From a virus (taxonomy: Duplodnaviria; Caudoviricetes), in the IMG/VR virus record IMGVR_UViG_3300022198_001530, positions 1 to 30,763 of that record: DNA of 30,763 nt. One strand, written 5' to 3'. A program made the position numbers and the translations under genes. Shown here in pieces: positions 1 to 10,596 of this stretch (the stretch's first letter is position 1; every line of letters begins with the position of its first letter). The notes under the pieces are model-generated. The model was not told where the DNA came from, made no database searches, and was given only the letters and a program-made list of their open reading frames with translations.

Positions 1-1287
1 ATTCTTGATGGAGTAATTGAGATTTATCGTAAGTATAACGGTGAGTTTAGATATGTAGGGATCTATCCTGCTAATGATACTGTTCATGACATAAGTGGAA
101 ACGCTGTTTTTGTAGAAGAAGAGGACGTTAATGTAAATGGTACTTACAACTATGTGTATACTTTTTACAATAGCTTAGACGGAACTGAGTCTGCACCGTC
201 TCCACTATCTGAAGATATAGTTGTCTCTAAAGGTTTTATTGAACTTGCTACTCCTCCAGTGTCTTCAGACCCACAAGTAACACATATAAGGTTATACCGA
301 ATTGGAGGTAATTTAGGAGAGTTCACTCTTGTTGACGAGTATACTCATCCAGTAGCTGGACTTATAAAAGATGATTTATCTGATGTGGACGTAGAAGGCA
401 CAATTCTAGAATCCGCTGATTACAATGAAGCGCCTACTGGCCTTCAATTCTTAGTTGAGGCCTATGGTAGTCTTATAGGTGCAGTAGGAGACAAAGTTTA
501 TTATACCCCTGCTGGGAAGCCTAATGCCTGGCCTGACACTAACTTTATTGACTTTGAAGCTGATGTGACAGGTATAGGTGTTGCCACTAATGGCATAATC
601 GTTTTTAGCCGGTATAAGGCCTGGGTAGTCGCTGGCACTAACTCTACAACATTTGTAAAGTATCCATTGTCAGGCGATCAGGGTTGCATTGAACATAAGA
701 GTATAGTTCAATGGAGCGGCTCTATTATCTGGGCGTCAACTGACGGCATCTGTACTACCACTGGCGCAACTGCAATAGTTGGATCTAAGGTTAAGCTAGG
801 TAAGATTGCGCTAAACCCTGCAAACGCTGTTTTGTTCGATGAAGAATATTACCTGCAAGAAACAGATGGGAGCATCTTAGTTCTTGACATGCGTTATGGT
901 GGTAAGTATAAGACCTATAATCTAGGGTCTTCCTGGTTAGTTAAGGCCCTAGATGTGTTATACGGGTGGGATGGAACTAGTCTTAAACCGTTCTTCCAGG
1001 GGGACGCAGCTACATTCACTTACTTGTCACCAGAGTATAGTGAAGGCAGCTTGACAGAGCTAAAGATTTTTAAGAACTTTTATGTAAATCTAAAGGGATC
1101 AGTATCTATTACTGTGATAATAGATGGAGTTGACGTCATAACAAAATCATATACAAGTGATGGAGTTTATGATATAATGATTCCACAAAGCACTCAACAG
1201 GGTCATACAGTGCAATTCAGAATTACTGGCACAGGCACAGTTAGAGAAATAGAGTATAAAGGGTTCGGACGTCAAAATGGCAGATGA
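1..1287 (+). CDS. Tail tubular/stabilisation (nozzle-type) virion protein, 5'-truncated by the window edge
   Basis: Frame 1 is open from base 1 (ATT CTT GAT...) through the listed GTG at 154. Beta-rich sequence with 'YYT...PNAWP', 'GC...SI' and 'WAS.DGI' patterns typical of podovirus tail nozzle/stabilisation proteins; lies upstream of ejection-type genes. Confidence 0.65.
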   Translation: MLDGVIEIYRKYNGEFRYVGIYPANDTVHDISGNAVFVEEEDVNVNGTYNYVYTFYNSLDGTESAPSPLSEDIVVSKGFIELATPPVSSDPQVTHIRLYRIGGNLGEFTLVDEYTHPVAGLIKDDLSDVDVEGTILESADYNEAPTGLQFLVEAYGSLIGAVGDKVYYTPAGKPNAWPDTNFIDFEADVTGIGVATNGIIVFSRYKAWVVAGTNSTTFVKYPLSGDQGCIEHKSIVQWSGSIIWASTDGICTTTGATAIVGSKVKLGKIALNPANAVLFDEEYYLQETDGSILVLDMRYGGKYKTYNLGSSWLVKALDVLYGWDGTSLKPFFQGDAATFTYLSPEYSEGSLTELKIFKNFYVNLKGSVSITVIIDGVDVITKSYTSDGVYDIMIPQSTQQGHTVQFRITGTGTVREIEYKGFGRQNGR

Positions 1288-1732
1288 TTCCTTTATAAGA
1301 ATTCCCCCAGACGTAGCTAATCCTGAGGTTTTACGTAGAACTCTATTGCGTTTAGTGGAACAACTGGATGTGGCATTTGGGTTAAGAGGCGGTCCAAGAT
1401 TCAGTACAATAGCTGAAACTAACTCTGTTAGTTCGCAAGCGCAACAGATACAAGTATTACTGTCAGAAGAGGCTGCAGCTTTGTACGTGCGCCTAGATGG
1501 AGGCGTAGAGATTACAGCCCCACTGAAATACGCAGTTAATGAGACGTTTACTGACGATAAAGAATTGATAGCTAAAAAGTATGCTGATGATAACTTTACT
1601 AATAATCCACAAGGCACAGATCCTGGCGATTTATCTCAGACTATTACAGGACCTTCTGTAGCTGAGGTACAGGCTATCTCAGATAAAGTGGATGCTATAC
1701 TAGCAGAGTTACGGGTTGCAAATATAGTATGA
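1277..1732 (+). CDS. Hypothetical virion protein with a head-fibre-like C-terminal motif
   Basis: 151-aa ORF overlapping both neighbours. The C-terminus 'EVQAISDKVDAILAELRVANIV' resembles phage head-fibre-type trimerisation motifs. Confidence 0.5.
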   Translation: MADDSFIRIPPDVANPEVLRRTLLRLVEQLDVAFGLRGGPRFSTIAETNSVSSQAQQIQVLLSEEAAALYVRLDGGVEITAPLKYAVNETFTDDKELIAKKYADDNFTNNPQGTDPGDLSQTITGPSVAEVQAISDKVDAILAELRVANIV

Positions 1733-2136
1733 GTAGGTACTTAGTTAATACGATTGCGCAATTCTTGCCAATGACAGGTAGCGGTATACCGGTCTCTGAG
1801 TTTACGCCTGAGATAGTTAAAGAGTTGCTGAGTAATCCAAATGTAATTTACATTGAAGAACCTGGCAAAGGCTGTATATTAGGTATAGTGTACCCACACT
1901 TTTTAAACCCTGAATACACAATTTGCCAAGAACTAGGGTGGTGGGTAGAGCCTGAGTGGCGCGGTACTACTTTAGGTATGCGCTTAATTAAACAGTTTGA
2001 AACTGCAGCTAAACTAGCTGGAGCGGATAAAATTATCATGATACGCCTAGACTCGTTAGAGCCAGATAAGATAGAGGATATTTATCTTCGTACAGGCTAT
2101 CGTCCTTTAGAACGTTCTTTTATTAAGGAGCTATAA
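1729..2136 (+). CDS. GNAT-family acetyltransferase
   Basis: Acetyl-CoA-binding motif A-like 'WWVEPEWRGTTLGMRLI' and C-terminal 'IYLRTGY'. ATGA overlap with the upstream gene. Confidence 0.8.
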   Translation: MSRYLVNTIAQFLPMTGSGIPVSEFTPEIVKELLSNPNVIYIEEPGKGCILGIVYPHFLNPEYTICQELGWWVEPEWRGTTLGMRLIKQFETAAKLAGADKIIMIRLDSLEPDKIEDIYLRTGYRPLERSFIKEL

Positions 2137-2137
2137 A

Positions 2138-2794
2138 ATGGCTGTAGGTACTGCATTAGCCGTAGTTGGCGGACTATCCGCTGTTCAAGGTATTTCCGCC
2201 TCACGTAGAGCTAAGAAGCTTAGCCAGGCTCAGATGGCAGATTGGCAACGACTATACGGAGGAGTCGAACAAGATTTAGCAGATTTTTTTAATAACTTAA
2301 CTCCTGATACGTATGAAGCTCAAGGGTTAGAGGCTCAACAAGTAGAATTTCAGAAAGCTCAGGATAATATTTCTGCTTTCTTAGCTGAACGAGGGTTAGG
2401 CCAGTCTGGTGTTGCTATTGAGAGTCAACAAGACTTAGAGTTAGCTAACGCTCAGATGCGAGCAAAGATTCGTCGTGAAGCTCCATTTAAAGTAGCTGAG
2501 GTTAAGCAGAGTTTCTTACAAACTGGCATTGGTGAGAAACAACAAATACAAGCAGATCAGATTAATGCAGCTAAGAGTGAAGCTGCAGGGTGGTATCAGG
2601 GGGCCACATCAGCGTTTGCTGGTTTAGCTTCAGGCGTAGCTTCAGGTGATATTACTAGCGTGTTTGGTATGGAGGTAGGTAAGGCAGCTTCTGCAGGTGC
2701 AGGAGTTAGTGCAGTAGGTTCTACTGCTGGCATCGGAGCAAGCGCAACAGCTAAGCCTGCGCTTACTTCAGTACCTTGGCAAGAATTAACTTAA
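2138..2794 (+). CDS. Putative internal virion/DNA ejection protein (small)
   Basis: AAGGAG RBS; Gly/Ala-rich hydrophobic N- and C-termini around a Gln-rich helical core; sits after the tail genes like P22/T7 ejection proteins. Confidence 0.55.
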   Translation: MAVGTALAVVGGLSAVQGISASRRAKKLSQAQMADWQRLYGGVEQDLADFFNNLTPDTYEAQGLEAQQVEFQKAQDNISAFLAERGLGQSGVAIESQQDLELANAQMRAKIRREAPFKVAEVKQSFLQTGIGEKQQIQADQINAAKSEAAGWYQGATSAFAGLASGVASGDITSVFGMEVGKAASAGAGVSAVGSTAGIGASATAKPALTSVPWQELT

Positions 2795-2804
2795 GGTAGT
2801 CGAC

Positions 2805-4238
2805 ATGGCAGATTATTCAGGTTTAGGTCAAGCTCTTGCTAGTGCAGGTGTAACCTACGTTAGAGGAATGCAAGAGCGCGAAGCACTACAGCGGCGTAGA
2901 GCAGAAGATCAATTAGCTGCAGAGACTGCACAAGCTAAGATCGCTGCCGGCGTACCTCAACAAGAGGCGCAAGCAGCACTTCAAGCAAGCCAAGAAGTGA
3001 TGATGAAAGCTACTGCTGAAGACACGTATAGGGCTTTCCGTGGCTATAACGCTACTGGTAGAGTAGACTTTCTTAATGATGGTCTACGCAGTAACCCTCA
3101 AATGCAGCAAATGTTTGGTGTCTCTAGAGTAGATATTCTTGATCCACGGCAAGACGCTAGACTCATTATTGAGAATGGAATGAACCCTAATAGCTTCTTA
3201 GAAGACGCTCCTGACTATCCGCAATTTGGCAGACGTTACCTTAAAGCTACATTGCCTGATGGCTCTACCACTATAGCTGATATGAAAGCTGAAATGGAAG
3301 CTACTGGGTATACTCGTCGACTTTATGGTGAAGACTTAGCTTTATATAAAGAGCTTATGGGGTTGCGTAAAGATACCAAAAATACTTCTATGCAATCTGA
3401 TATTCAATACATGACAGGTATCAGGCGACAGGCAGACCCAAACGTTACTGAAGGTGAAGTTGCTGAAGAGCTGTGGGGTGCAAGAATTTCAGGGACTACC
3501 CCAGGTAAAGCAGCAGCGGCTGAAGAAGCAATACAAGAATTTACTACTTCTGGACTCATGGATATACCAGTTCATGAATATGATAATAGACAATTGAGTC
3601 AAGCATACGCTTTTGTCGATCGGTATGAAGCGTTATCAGGTCGTAAACCTCCTAATGAGTTGATGGAAGATTTGAGGCTAATCAGAACACTAACTATGTT
3701 TGGCGGCAAAGTAGCTGCGGATCTTTCACCTAGAGCAACTGGCGCGCTTGATAGACTAGTTGGAGGTGTAGAGAAGTATACAAGCAATGTGCCTGACTCA
3801 GTACGACGTAAAGTACAATCAGCGTATACAGCCTACCGAAATGTTATGCTACGACTTACTTCAGGTGCTGCAGTAACTGATGGTGAGGCTGCACGCTTCC
3901 AGCAAGAATTTGGTGATTTGAATCAACGCTATGCTGCAGTAGTTCCAGCATTCGCAGTACAGTTAGAGAAGTTAAAATCAATGTACGAAGGTGCAGTAGC
4001 TAGCTTGCATCCTGCCCAAGTGCATTTATACATGGGTATGTCTCGTGCACAAATAGAGCAAGCGATTGGAGACATCAATTTTGCTCTTGATGTGCTAGAA
4101 AGGAATAAAGGAGATGCTACAGAAGCTAATATTCAGCGTGACTTAAATGTAGGTCGTGGAGGCTCTGGTGGTACTACTGGAGGCTCTAGTGGTACTAGCT
4201 TAGCTGATAGAATTAAGCAACGTAAAGGTATTCAATAA
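2805..4238 (+). CDS. Putative internal virion/DNA ejection protein (medium)
   Basis: 477 aa, Ala/Gln-rich helical N-terminus, 'SGAAVTDGEAAR' motif often seen in podovirus internal proteins, Gly/Ser linker near the C-terminus. Confidence 0.55.
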   Translation: MADYSGLGQALASAGVTYVRGMQEREALQRRRAEDQLAAETAQAKIAAGVPQQEAQAALQASQEVMMKATAEDTYRAFRGYNATGRVDFLNDGLRSNPQMQQMFGVSRVDILDPRQDARLIIENGMNPNSFLEDAPDYPQFGRRYLKATLPDGSTTIADMKAEMEATGYTRRLYGEDLALYKELMGLRKDTKNTSMQSDIQYMTGIRRQADPNVTEGEVAEELWGARISGTTPGKAAAAEEAIQEFTTSGLMDIPVHEYDNRQLSQAYAFVDRYEALSGRKPPNELMEDLRLIRTLTMFGGKVAADLSPRATGALDRLVGGVEKYTSNVPDSVRRKVQSAYTAYRNVMLRLTSGAAVTDGEAARFQQEFGDLNQRYAAVVPAFAVQLEKLKSMYEGAVASLHPAQVHLYMGMSRAQIEQAIGDINFALDVLERNKGDATEANIQRDLNVGRGGSGGTTGGSSGTSLADRIKQRKGIQ

Positions 4239-6085
4239 TGGAACCGACTATTGAAGATTTAGAAGACACCTTTAAGATTGGTTATGAAGCCTATGAGGAG
4301 TCTAAAATAGAAGCAGCTGAAGCCTGGGACATGTACCATAACAGGCAATACACAGCTGAACAAAAAGCTATCTTAACTAATCGTGGTCAACCAATTGAGA
4401 CCTTTAACGTTATCAAGGTGTTCGCTCGTATGCTCATTGGCTACTACTCTAATGTAGTTAATGCCATTACAGCTAACCCTGTTGACCTTAAGGATATTCC
4501 CACTGCAGGGATCCTTAGTGACGCAATTACACATGCGCTTCGTAAGAACTATTTTGAAGCATTAGGTGATCGCCTTAAACTATGTGGCATCGTCTCTGGT
4601 GTTATGTGCTGCTACGTAGACGTTAAAGATTCTGGCCGTCGTGATATGTTTGGCAGGGTTATCTACGAGCTTGACTTAGATTATGTGCCAGACAGTGAAA
4701 TAGTTTTGGATCCAATGAGTCGTAAAGAGGACTACTCAGATGCTAAGTACATCCACAGATACAAGTGGCTAGATGAAGACACAATAGTTGATAAGTTTGG
4801 TAAGAAAGCTTTTGAGAAGTTAGAAGCTTACTACAACCATCTCAACATTGATGAGGCTGAGTTCACTTATGCATATAATGGAGAGTTCACAGGTCGTTAT
4901 CGCATCTTTGATAACTACTTGATTGTTCACTCTATAGTTAAAACACGTGATGGTAAGACATGGTCTGTGTATTGGTCTAATCACCATATACTAAAGAAGA
5001 CTGACATTACGAAGAAGCAGATTAGTTTTCCATACCGAGTACAAAAGATTCACACTTCTGATAAGACAGAGTTTTATGGTGTCTTTAGAGAGGTTATAGA
5101 ATCACAAAAGGCAATTAACCAAGCTGTTATCAAGATTCAGCTAATGGTCAATACTCAAAAGGCTTTTGTAGAGACTGGAGCTGTTGAAGACATAGCTGAG
5201 TTCACTGCTGCATTTAACCGTGTCACAGGTGTAATTGAAGTTGCAGATCTCAAAGGTGTTAAGGTTGAGAATCTATCTGCAGACGTACTACAGCAGTACA
5301 CTATCATTGATAAAGCTTTCGATCGCATACAACGGGTATTGAATATCAATGATAGTTTCTTGGGTATGGCATTTGCGTCTGACTCTGGTCGGAAAGTAAA
5401 GTTACAACAGAACGCAACTATTGTAGCATTGCGATACCTTACACTGCGGTTTGAAGAGTTCTATCAAATGCTAGGCAGAGATATGGCGTCTTTGATTAAG
5501 CAATACTACACAGCTCATCAAGTGCTACGTATAGCTGATGAGATAACTGGTGAGCGTTGGGTAGAGATTAACCAACCATTGCAAATGACTGTAGGCCAAG
5601 ACCCACAGACAGGCCAGCCTATTCAACAGTTAGTTTTTGAAGAAGTCACGGATCCTACTACTGGAGAAATTTTAACTGACGATGAGGGCAACATATTAGT
5701 TGCCCCAGTTCCCACAGCTGAGTCAGAGATAGCTTTTACTGATGTAGACATTGAGATTACTTCTACTTCTTATAATGATGAAGATGAAAAGAATCAGTTA
5801 ATGTTAGAGACTTTCTTATCTGGTCAAGTAGGCAATATGTTAGCTCAGATCAATCCTGGTGGGTACTTTAAAGCTGCTAGTTTAGCTATCAAAACTATGA
5901 AGACTAAGCACTCTCCTGACATTAGTAAGATCCTGGAAGAAACTGCTATGGCTTTGCAGGGCAATCCACAAGCACAAGCCTATGCTTCAGCTATAGCTCA
6001 AGGTAATGGCAGTCAGTATATGCAAACTCCAAAGAGTGAGCAGTTAAAGTTACCGCAAAATACTAATGAAGAACCTGTCCGATAG
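4238..6085 (+). CDS. Portal protein (P22-like)
   Basis: 615 aa with P22-type portal patterns: 'L..RGQP...FN.I', 'LDP.S...DYSDA.YI', 'SDSG......Q' and a Gln-rich C-terminal region. TAATG coupling to the upstream gene. Confidence 0.8.
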   Translation: MEPTIEDLEDTFKIGYEAYEESKIEAAEAWDMYHNRQYTAEQKAILTNRGQPIETFNVIKVFARMLIGYYSNVVNAITANPVDLKDIPTAGILSDAITHALRKNYFEALGDRLKLCGIVSGVMCCYVDVKDSGRRDMFGRVIYELDLDYVPDSEIVLDPMSRKEDYSDAKYIHRYKWLDEDTIVDKFGKKAFEKLEAYYNHLNIDEAEFTYAYNGEFTGRYRIFDNYLIVHSIVKTRDGKTWSVYWSNHHILKKTDITKKQISFPYRVQKIHTSDKTEFYGVFREVIESQKAINQAVIKIQLMVNTQKAFVETGAVEDIAEFTAAFNRVTGVIEVADLKGVKVENLSADVLQQYTIIDKAFDRIQRVLNINDSFLGMAFASDSGRKVKLQQNATIVALRYLTLRFEEFYQMLGRDMASLIKQYYTAHQVLRIADEITGERWVEINQPLQMTVGQDPQTGQPIQQLVFEEVTDPTTGEILTDDEGNILVAPVPTAESEIAFTDVDIEITSTSYNDEDEKNQLMLETFLSGQVGNMLAQINPGGYFKAASLAIKTMKTKHSPDISKILEETAMALQGNPQAQAYASAIAQGNGSQYMQTPKSEQLKLPQNTNEEPVR

Positions 6086-6094
6086 AGGTGTGAC

Positions 6095-9000
6095 ATGCCA
6101 GTACCGTTGAATGCAATTACTAGACCCTTAGCTAGAAGAGGGATTAAGTCCAGACTTACAGAGACTATTCACAGTTTACCAGAAAATTTTAGGGTTAAGC
6201 CTGAAAGTGCTGCAAATGAACTACAACGCCGTGGGCAGGTTAAACCTGAGGAAATGGAGTTCAGTGGCATGAATGATGCTATTGATGTCTATAAGGCTGA
6301 GCCTGGTGTAACTCCAATAACTAAGCAAGAGTTGGTAGAAATCGATGCTGGTAGAGAAGACTACCGGGTGGATATGCGCAGCTTCAATGAGAGTAGTTTA
6401 GATGAAATGGATGATCAGTTGATGTTTGGAGATCCTGCAAGAGGCTACTTTGAAATTACACTGCCAGACACTTCTCCTGACCGCTATGATATGCGTATTA
6501 CTACTAATCCAAGGATTTCTGAGGCTAGCGATGCTCACCTAACTAGTGAAGCTTGGTATGACGATTCCGGTAGACTTGTGTCAAGAGAAGACGAAGAAGT
6601 TCCTGGTGTAAACTTTTGGCGTCGACTGGACTTTCTTAACCTAGCAGGTAGAGATACGCTACGAGTGCAAGAGTTGCAAGCGCCTATACATTCTAGACCC
6701 GGTGTACCTGCCTCTGACTTTGAAATTAACCGCAAAAGCTTTGCTCATGAAGAACTTGGAGCAGAGTTATCTGCGTTTCATTATGACCATAACGAAGCTC
6801 TTAGAGAGCTGGAGCGCATTTCTGACTTTGGGCACTTAGACCCAGAGGATTTTGCTGCACATATCAAAGATGAAAAGCTAAAACTAGCTGCCAGGCAAAA
6901 CTCTATAAAGGAGCAGAACCCGAATGCTACAGTGCTTCCTGTAGCAGACACCGTATTAGCTGAAGCTCTTACTGCAAAAACTCAACGAGAATTCACAGAG
7001 ATTTTAGAAGATATTAGAGCTAGATACCATACAGAACGAGTAGATCGTGTAAGGCAGTACGAGGAGGCAAGGACAGCCTTTAATAAGCTTAAACCAGCTT
7101 TGCCCCACGAAAAAACGTGGGTGCGTAAAGCTTTAGAGTTATCTGTGCTTGAGGCGGTAGATAACTGGCAGTCACAAGTAGCTGTGCCAATTCGGGGTTA
7201 CGGCATTGAAAAACTGCACCGGTCTGCTGGAGTGCAACAGGCGGTGTATGAAGAGCAAGTTCCTGCGCAAATGAAAAAGATTGTAAAAGATCTTAAAGGT
7301 CAAGGTATAGATGTAGAATATACTACGTTTCAGCAGATGGCCCCGGGGTATACCAAAGTATTGCCGGACGATATCGACGCTGACGCTGTACGTCTTGCTA
7401 AGGCCACACTAAAAGCCCCGACTGCTTCATCCTTGGATAAGGAACAAGCGAGGCATGCACTGCAGGATAAGAAGGCTAGAGCAACATTCTACGTTTCTTT
7501 TATGGCGTCTTCTAAGGATGCTTTACAACTAACTAGTTCTCCAGTAGAGATGCTATCCCATTATGGGGCGACCTTAGACGAGATTAGCCTTGCAGCAGAA
7601 CGTTACAGAACTTTTAAGCTGCAGGATACTAGAAACGCTACTACCTATGCGGCTATCAGATTGCCTAAACCTGGCAGGCGAGGTGAAAACTTACCTTCTC
7701 CGTCTTTCGAGTTATATGCTAAAGCGCTACCTGTTACGGCCGCGACATTAATGGCAACTACACAGTCTGAAGATGCCATGGCAGCATTGTCTCCTGAGGT
7801 GCAACAAGAAATTGACGCAGCTTTTGCGCATCCAGATATCTCTCCAAAAGACGTTATGGAGCAATTAACACAGTATGAGGGGTTCTCTCCAGCTGAAGCC
7901 AGTAAGGCAGCTAAAGAGTACGCGCTACGGACTAAAGCTGATTTAGTTAATGCTGGACTCAGTGAAGAAGAGGCAATACAAGAATTGATTAATGAAGGGT
8001 TTAGTCCACTGTACTTTACTCCAACCTCTGAGCCTGGTGAGCCTGCGTCATTGGACGTAGAACCAGTTACAACTCCAGGCAATTTAGAGGTTATTAAAGA
8101 AGCTGGAGTACCTGATATTCAAGAGCTGGTTAATAAGTCAGATGCAATGCACTTTTTACCCTCTGATATGTGGACAATGCTAAAACCTATCGTCTCAGAG
8201 TTGTATAGTACTGTGCCCTTTATCGGTTTCGACTTTGCTACTAAAGAAGATCAAATCTCAGCTATGCGTTACTCTTTAGAGCTTACAGCTAAAGCGCAAG
8301 AGACTTTACAGCGCTTTGGCATTGAAGCAGAGCTAAGAGACATTGATGGTTCTCAAGGACTATATGCAAAGAATCCTGAAACAGGTGAGTGGGAAGAAGC
8401 TACATCAGGCTGGGTAGAAGCTTTACTTGATGGAGTAGTTAATGCTCGTCAAGAGATAGGTCTTGGCATAATGGGTAGCATCATTGGTTCACGTGGGGGT
8501 CCTATAGGTGAAAAGGCAGGTTCCGCTATTGGAACAGCTTTAGGTCGTTTTGAAGACCTGCATAGACTGTCTAAAGAGCTTAAGATGGCGGAAGGGATTA
8601 ACGAGCGAGTCTATGCCAGACAAATGGTCGAAGCAGGCATGCTTGGAGTATTTGGGGATGTAATCATACGTTCTACAGTAGCTCCACTAGTTAAGTTTGG
8701 TGGTAAGTATAGTATGAAGGCGTTGCGTGGCACCATGAACCAAGTGCTTAAGCTATTTCCTGATAACCAAAATGGCGCTAGAGAAGTATTACTTCGCGAA
8801 CTACATGTCACTGAAGAAGAAGCTACTGATTTGATGAAGCGTTTAGCTAAGTTGACTGGCGTGCCGTATAAAAGCACTACTCAAGAATTGATAGCTAATC
8901 TTCCTCAGATGCTGCCAGGAGGCCAAAACATAGCTGCAACTGTTAATGCATTAGACCCTGGTGCCGGTAATGCCTATGCTAAAGCAGTAAGAGAGCGGGC

Positions 9001-10594
9001 AGAAGCTTTCGATAAGCTGCTAACTGACGCAGATCCACAGATGGTTCCTATCGTATTAAAAGACGAGTTGGATGAGCTAATTGATACTGTACAAGGCGGT
9101 TATCGCATTATCCGTGACACAGGCCGTGAAGAGATGCGTCATACTCCATATCACTTTGATATGAAGAAGTTAGCTATTGAGCCTATGCTTAATCGTGTAA
9201 AAGGTATTATTCAGAATCCTGCTGTGCTTGATCAGTTTAAAGGTATCTTGCTTAAGATTGAAGCGGCCTCACAAACACGTGACTTTGGTGCACTGTTAGA
9301 TTTGCGCCAAGCTATCTCTGAATTCAAGACAAATAAGAAGATCTTGAAAGCTGCTAATAAACAAGAGGTGGACCGTGTACTTAAGTCTATTGACGCAGAG
9401 ATAGCTCATGCTGCCAATCGTCATATGAAAGACGGAGCTACATGGGTACATAACTATCGTGCTACTCGTCTTGAAGTAGCTAAGTTGAACCGTATGTACG
9501 ATAACATTATCTTCAAGCAATTGATTAAACCTGGTATTGACCCTGTTGCTGTAGTCAAAAAGTCTTACAAGCATTTAAGTGCACAAGACGGTACTTTTGA
9601 AGAGATTTCTGCTAAGTTAACTCCTAAGCTACGGCATGCTTATGAGAAGGCTATGCTTAGTGAAGCTTTTGATAAATTTAGTTTAAAGCAAGGACAAGGA
9701 GCAGCGGCTGTGGACTGGGTTAAATTCTCTGCTGAGTTAGAGACTAAAGGCTTTAGGGATCCTAAAGTTAAGGAGATGAAACGCCTAGCAAGAGAGTTTG
9801 CGCAAGTATATCAGAATGACATTAGCTTAGCTACAGCTACTTCAGGTATTTCTATTCCACGTAACCAGTCGTATTTAACAACTAATATAGTTACACGCTT
9901 ACATTTTGAAGCAGCCTCTGGTATTATGGGTTATCTTAAAAGGATGCGTAGTACTGATGTAGCTAAGTATTCGTCATTGGTTGTGCATGCAACTAAGTTC
10001 ATGAAAAACCCTGCACAACTAAAATCAATGAAAGCTCTCCTTGAGCAAGTTAAAGAAGACCCACAATTAGCTAGTCAAATTGAACAGTTGCACTTTAAGT
10101 GGGCTGAGCATGGAGCTAATCAGCCACAGATAGGTAAAGGTCCACTTAAAGTAGAGGTGTGGGGCAAAGAGAACACTAAGTCCACTAAAGGTCCTATCAC
10201 TGAAGGCCAACGTTATATGTTAGATGAGAAGTCTTCTAAGAAACGTTTTGGTGAAGCTTCTGTGCGTGAGATTAGCTATCATCGTATAGCTAAGTATCAA
10301 GATATAGAGGATGTGCTTGGAACTGGTTGGGATATTGAAGACGTTCGTGTCAATAAAAAGAATGTAATTCAAAAGCTTCAAGACAAAGGATTTCAAGGAA
10401 TTAACATTGGTGATGAAGTGGTTATGTTTCCTTCTACTGGTGCACCAAGTGCAGAACGTGGTGCTTATAAACCTCGTAAGACTGGTGAAACACCTGATAC
10501 AACTTATCATCAAATTTATCCAGAACTGCCTAGCGGAGACTTTACTCCACCTAGTTCAGCTAAGGATATGACTAATTATACTAATTGGAGATAA
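6095..10594 (+). CDS. Large internal virion/ejection protein with an N-terminal polyvalent-protein-like region
   Basis: 1499-aa ORF with GAGGTG RBS. Motifs 'VKPEEMEFSG', 'LRVQELQ' and 'LPHEKTWVRKALE...EA' in the first ~550 aa; Gly-rich hydrophobic stretch 'IGLGIMGSIIGSRGG...AGSAIGTALG' mid-protein. Confidence 0.6.
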   Translation: MPVPLNAITRPLARRGIKSRLTETIHSLPENFRVKPESAANELQRRGQVKPEEMEFSGMNDAIDVYKAEPGVTPITKQELVEIDAGREDYRVDMRSFNESSLDEMDDQLMFGDPARGYFEITLPDTSPDRYDMRITTNPRISEASDAHLTSEAWYDDSGRLVSREDEEVPGVNFWRRLDFLNLAGRDTLRVQELQAPIHSRPGVPASDFEINRKSFAHEELGAELSAFHYDHNEALRELERISDFGHLDPEDFAAHIKDEKLKLAARQNSIKEQNPNATVLPVADTVLAEALTAKTQREFTEILEDIRARYHTERVDRVRQYEEARTAFNKLKPALPHEKTWVRKALELSVLEAVDNWQSQVAVPIRGYGIEKLHRSAGVQQAVYEEQVPAQMKKIVKDLKGQGIDVEYTTFQQMAPGYTKVLPDDIDADAVRLAKATLKAPTASSLDKEQARHALQDKKARATFYVSFMASSKDALQLTSSPVEMLSHYGATLDEISLAAERYRTFKLQDTRNATTYAAIRLPKPGRRGENLPSPSFELYAKALPVTAATLMATTQSEDAMAALSPEVQQEIDAAFAHPDISPKDVMEQLTQYEGFSPAEASKAAKEYALRTKADLVNAGLSEEEAIQELINEGFSPLYFTPTSEPGEPASLDVEPVTTPGNLEVIKEAGVPDIQELVNKSDAMHFLPSDMWTMLKPIVSELYSTVPFIGFDFATKEDQISAMRYSLELTAKAQETLQRFGIEAELRDIDGSQGLYAKNPETGEWEEATSGWVEALLDGVVNARQEIGLGIMGSIIGSRGGPIGEKAGSAIGTALGRFEDLHRLSKELKMAEGINERVYARQMVEAGMLGVFGDVIIRSTVAPLVKFGGKYSMKALRGTMNQVLKLFPDNQNGAREVLLRELHVTEEEATDLMKRLAKLTGVPYKSTTQELIANLPQMLPGGQNIAATVNALDPGAGNAYAKAVRERAEAFDKLLTDADPQMVPIVLKDELDELIDTVQGGYRIIRDTGREEMRHTPYHFDMKKLAIEPMLNRVKGIIQNPAVLDQFKGILLKIEAASQTRDFGALLDLRQAISEFKTNKKILKAANKQEVDRVLKSIDAEIAHAANRHMKDGATWVHNYRATRLEVAKLNRMYDNIIFKQLIKPGIDPVAVVKKSYKHLSAQDGTFEEISAKLTPKLRHAYEKAMLSEAFDKFSLKQGQGAAAVDWVKFSAELETKGFRDPKVKEMKRLAREFAQVYQNDISLATATSGISIPRNQSYLTTNIVTRLHFEAASGIMGYLKRMRSTDVAKYSSLVVHATKFMKNPAQLKSMKALLEQVKEDPQLASQIEQLHFKWAEHGANQPQIGKGPLKVEVWGKENTKSTKGPITEGQRYMLDEKSSKKRFGEASVREISYHRIAKYQDIEDVLGTGWDIEDVRVNKKNVIQKLQDKGFQGINIGDEVVMFPSTGAPSAERGAYKPRKTGETPDTTYHQIYPELPSGDFTPPSSAKDMTNYTNWR

Positions 10595-10596
10595 TC

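Noticed and set aside
1147-10513. Minus-strand ORFs of 60-156 aa within the virion genes
   Set aside because: Fully antisense to well-supported coupled genes, with no independent signals.
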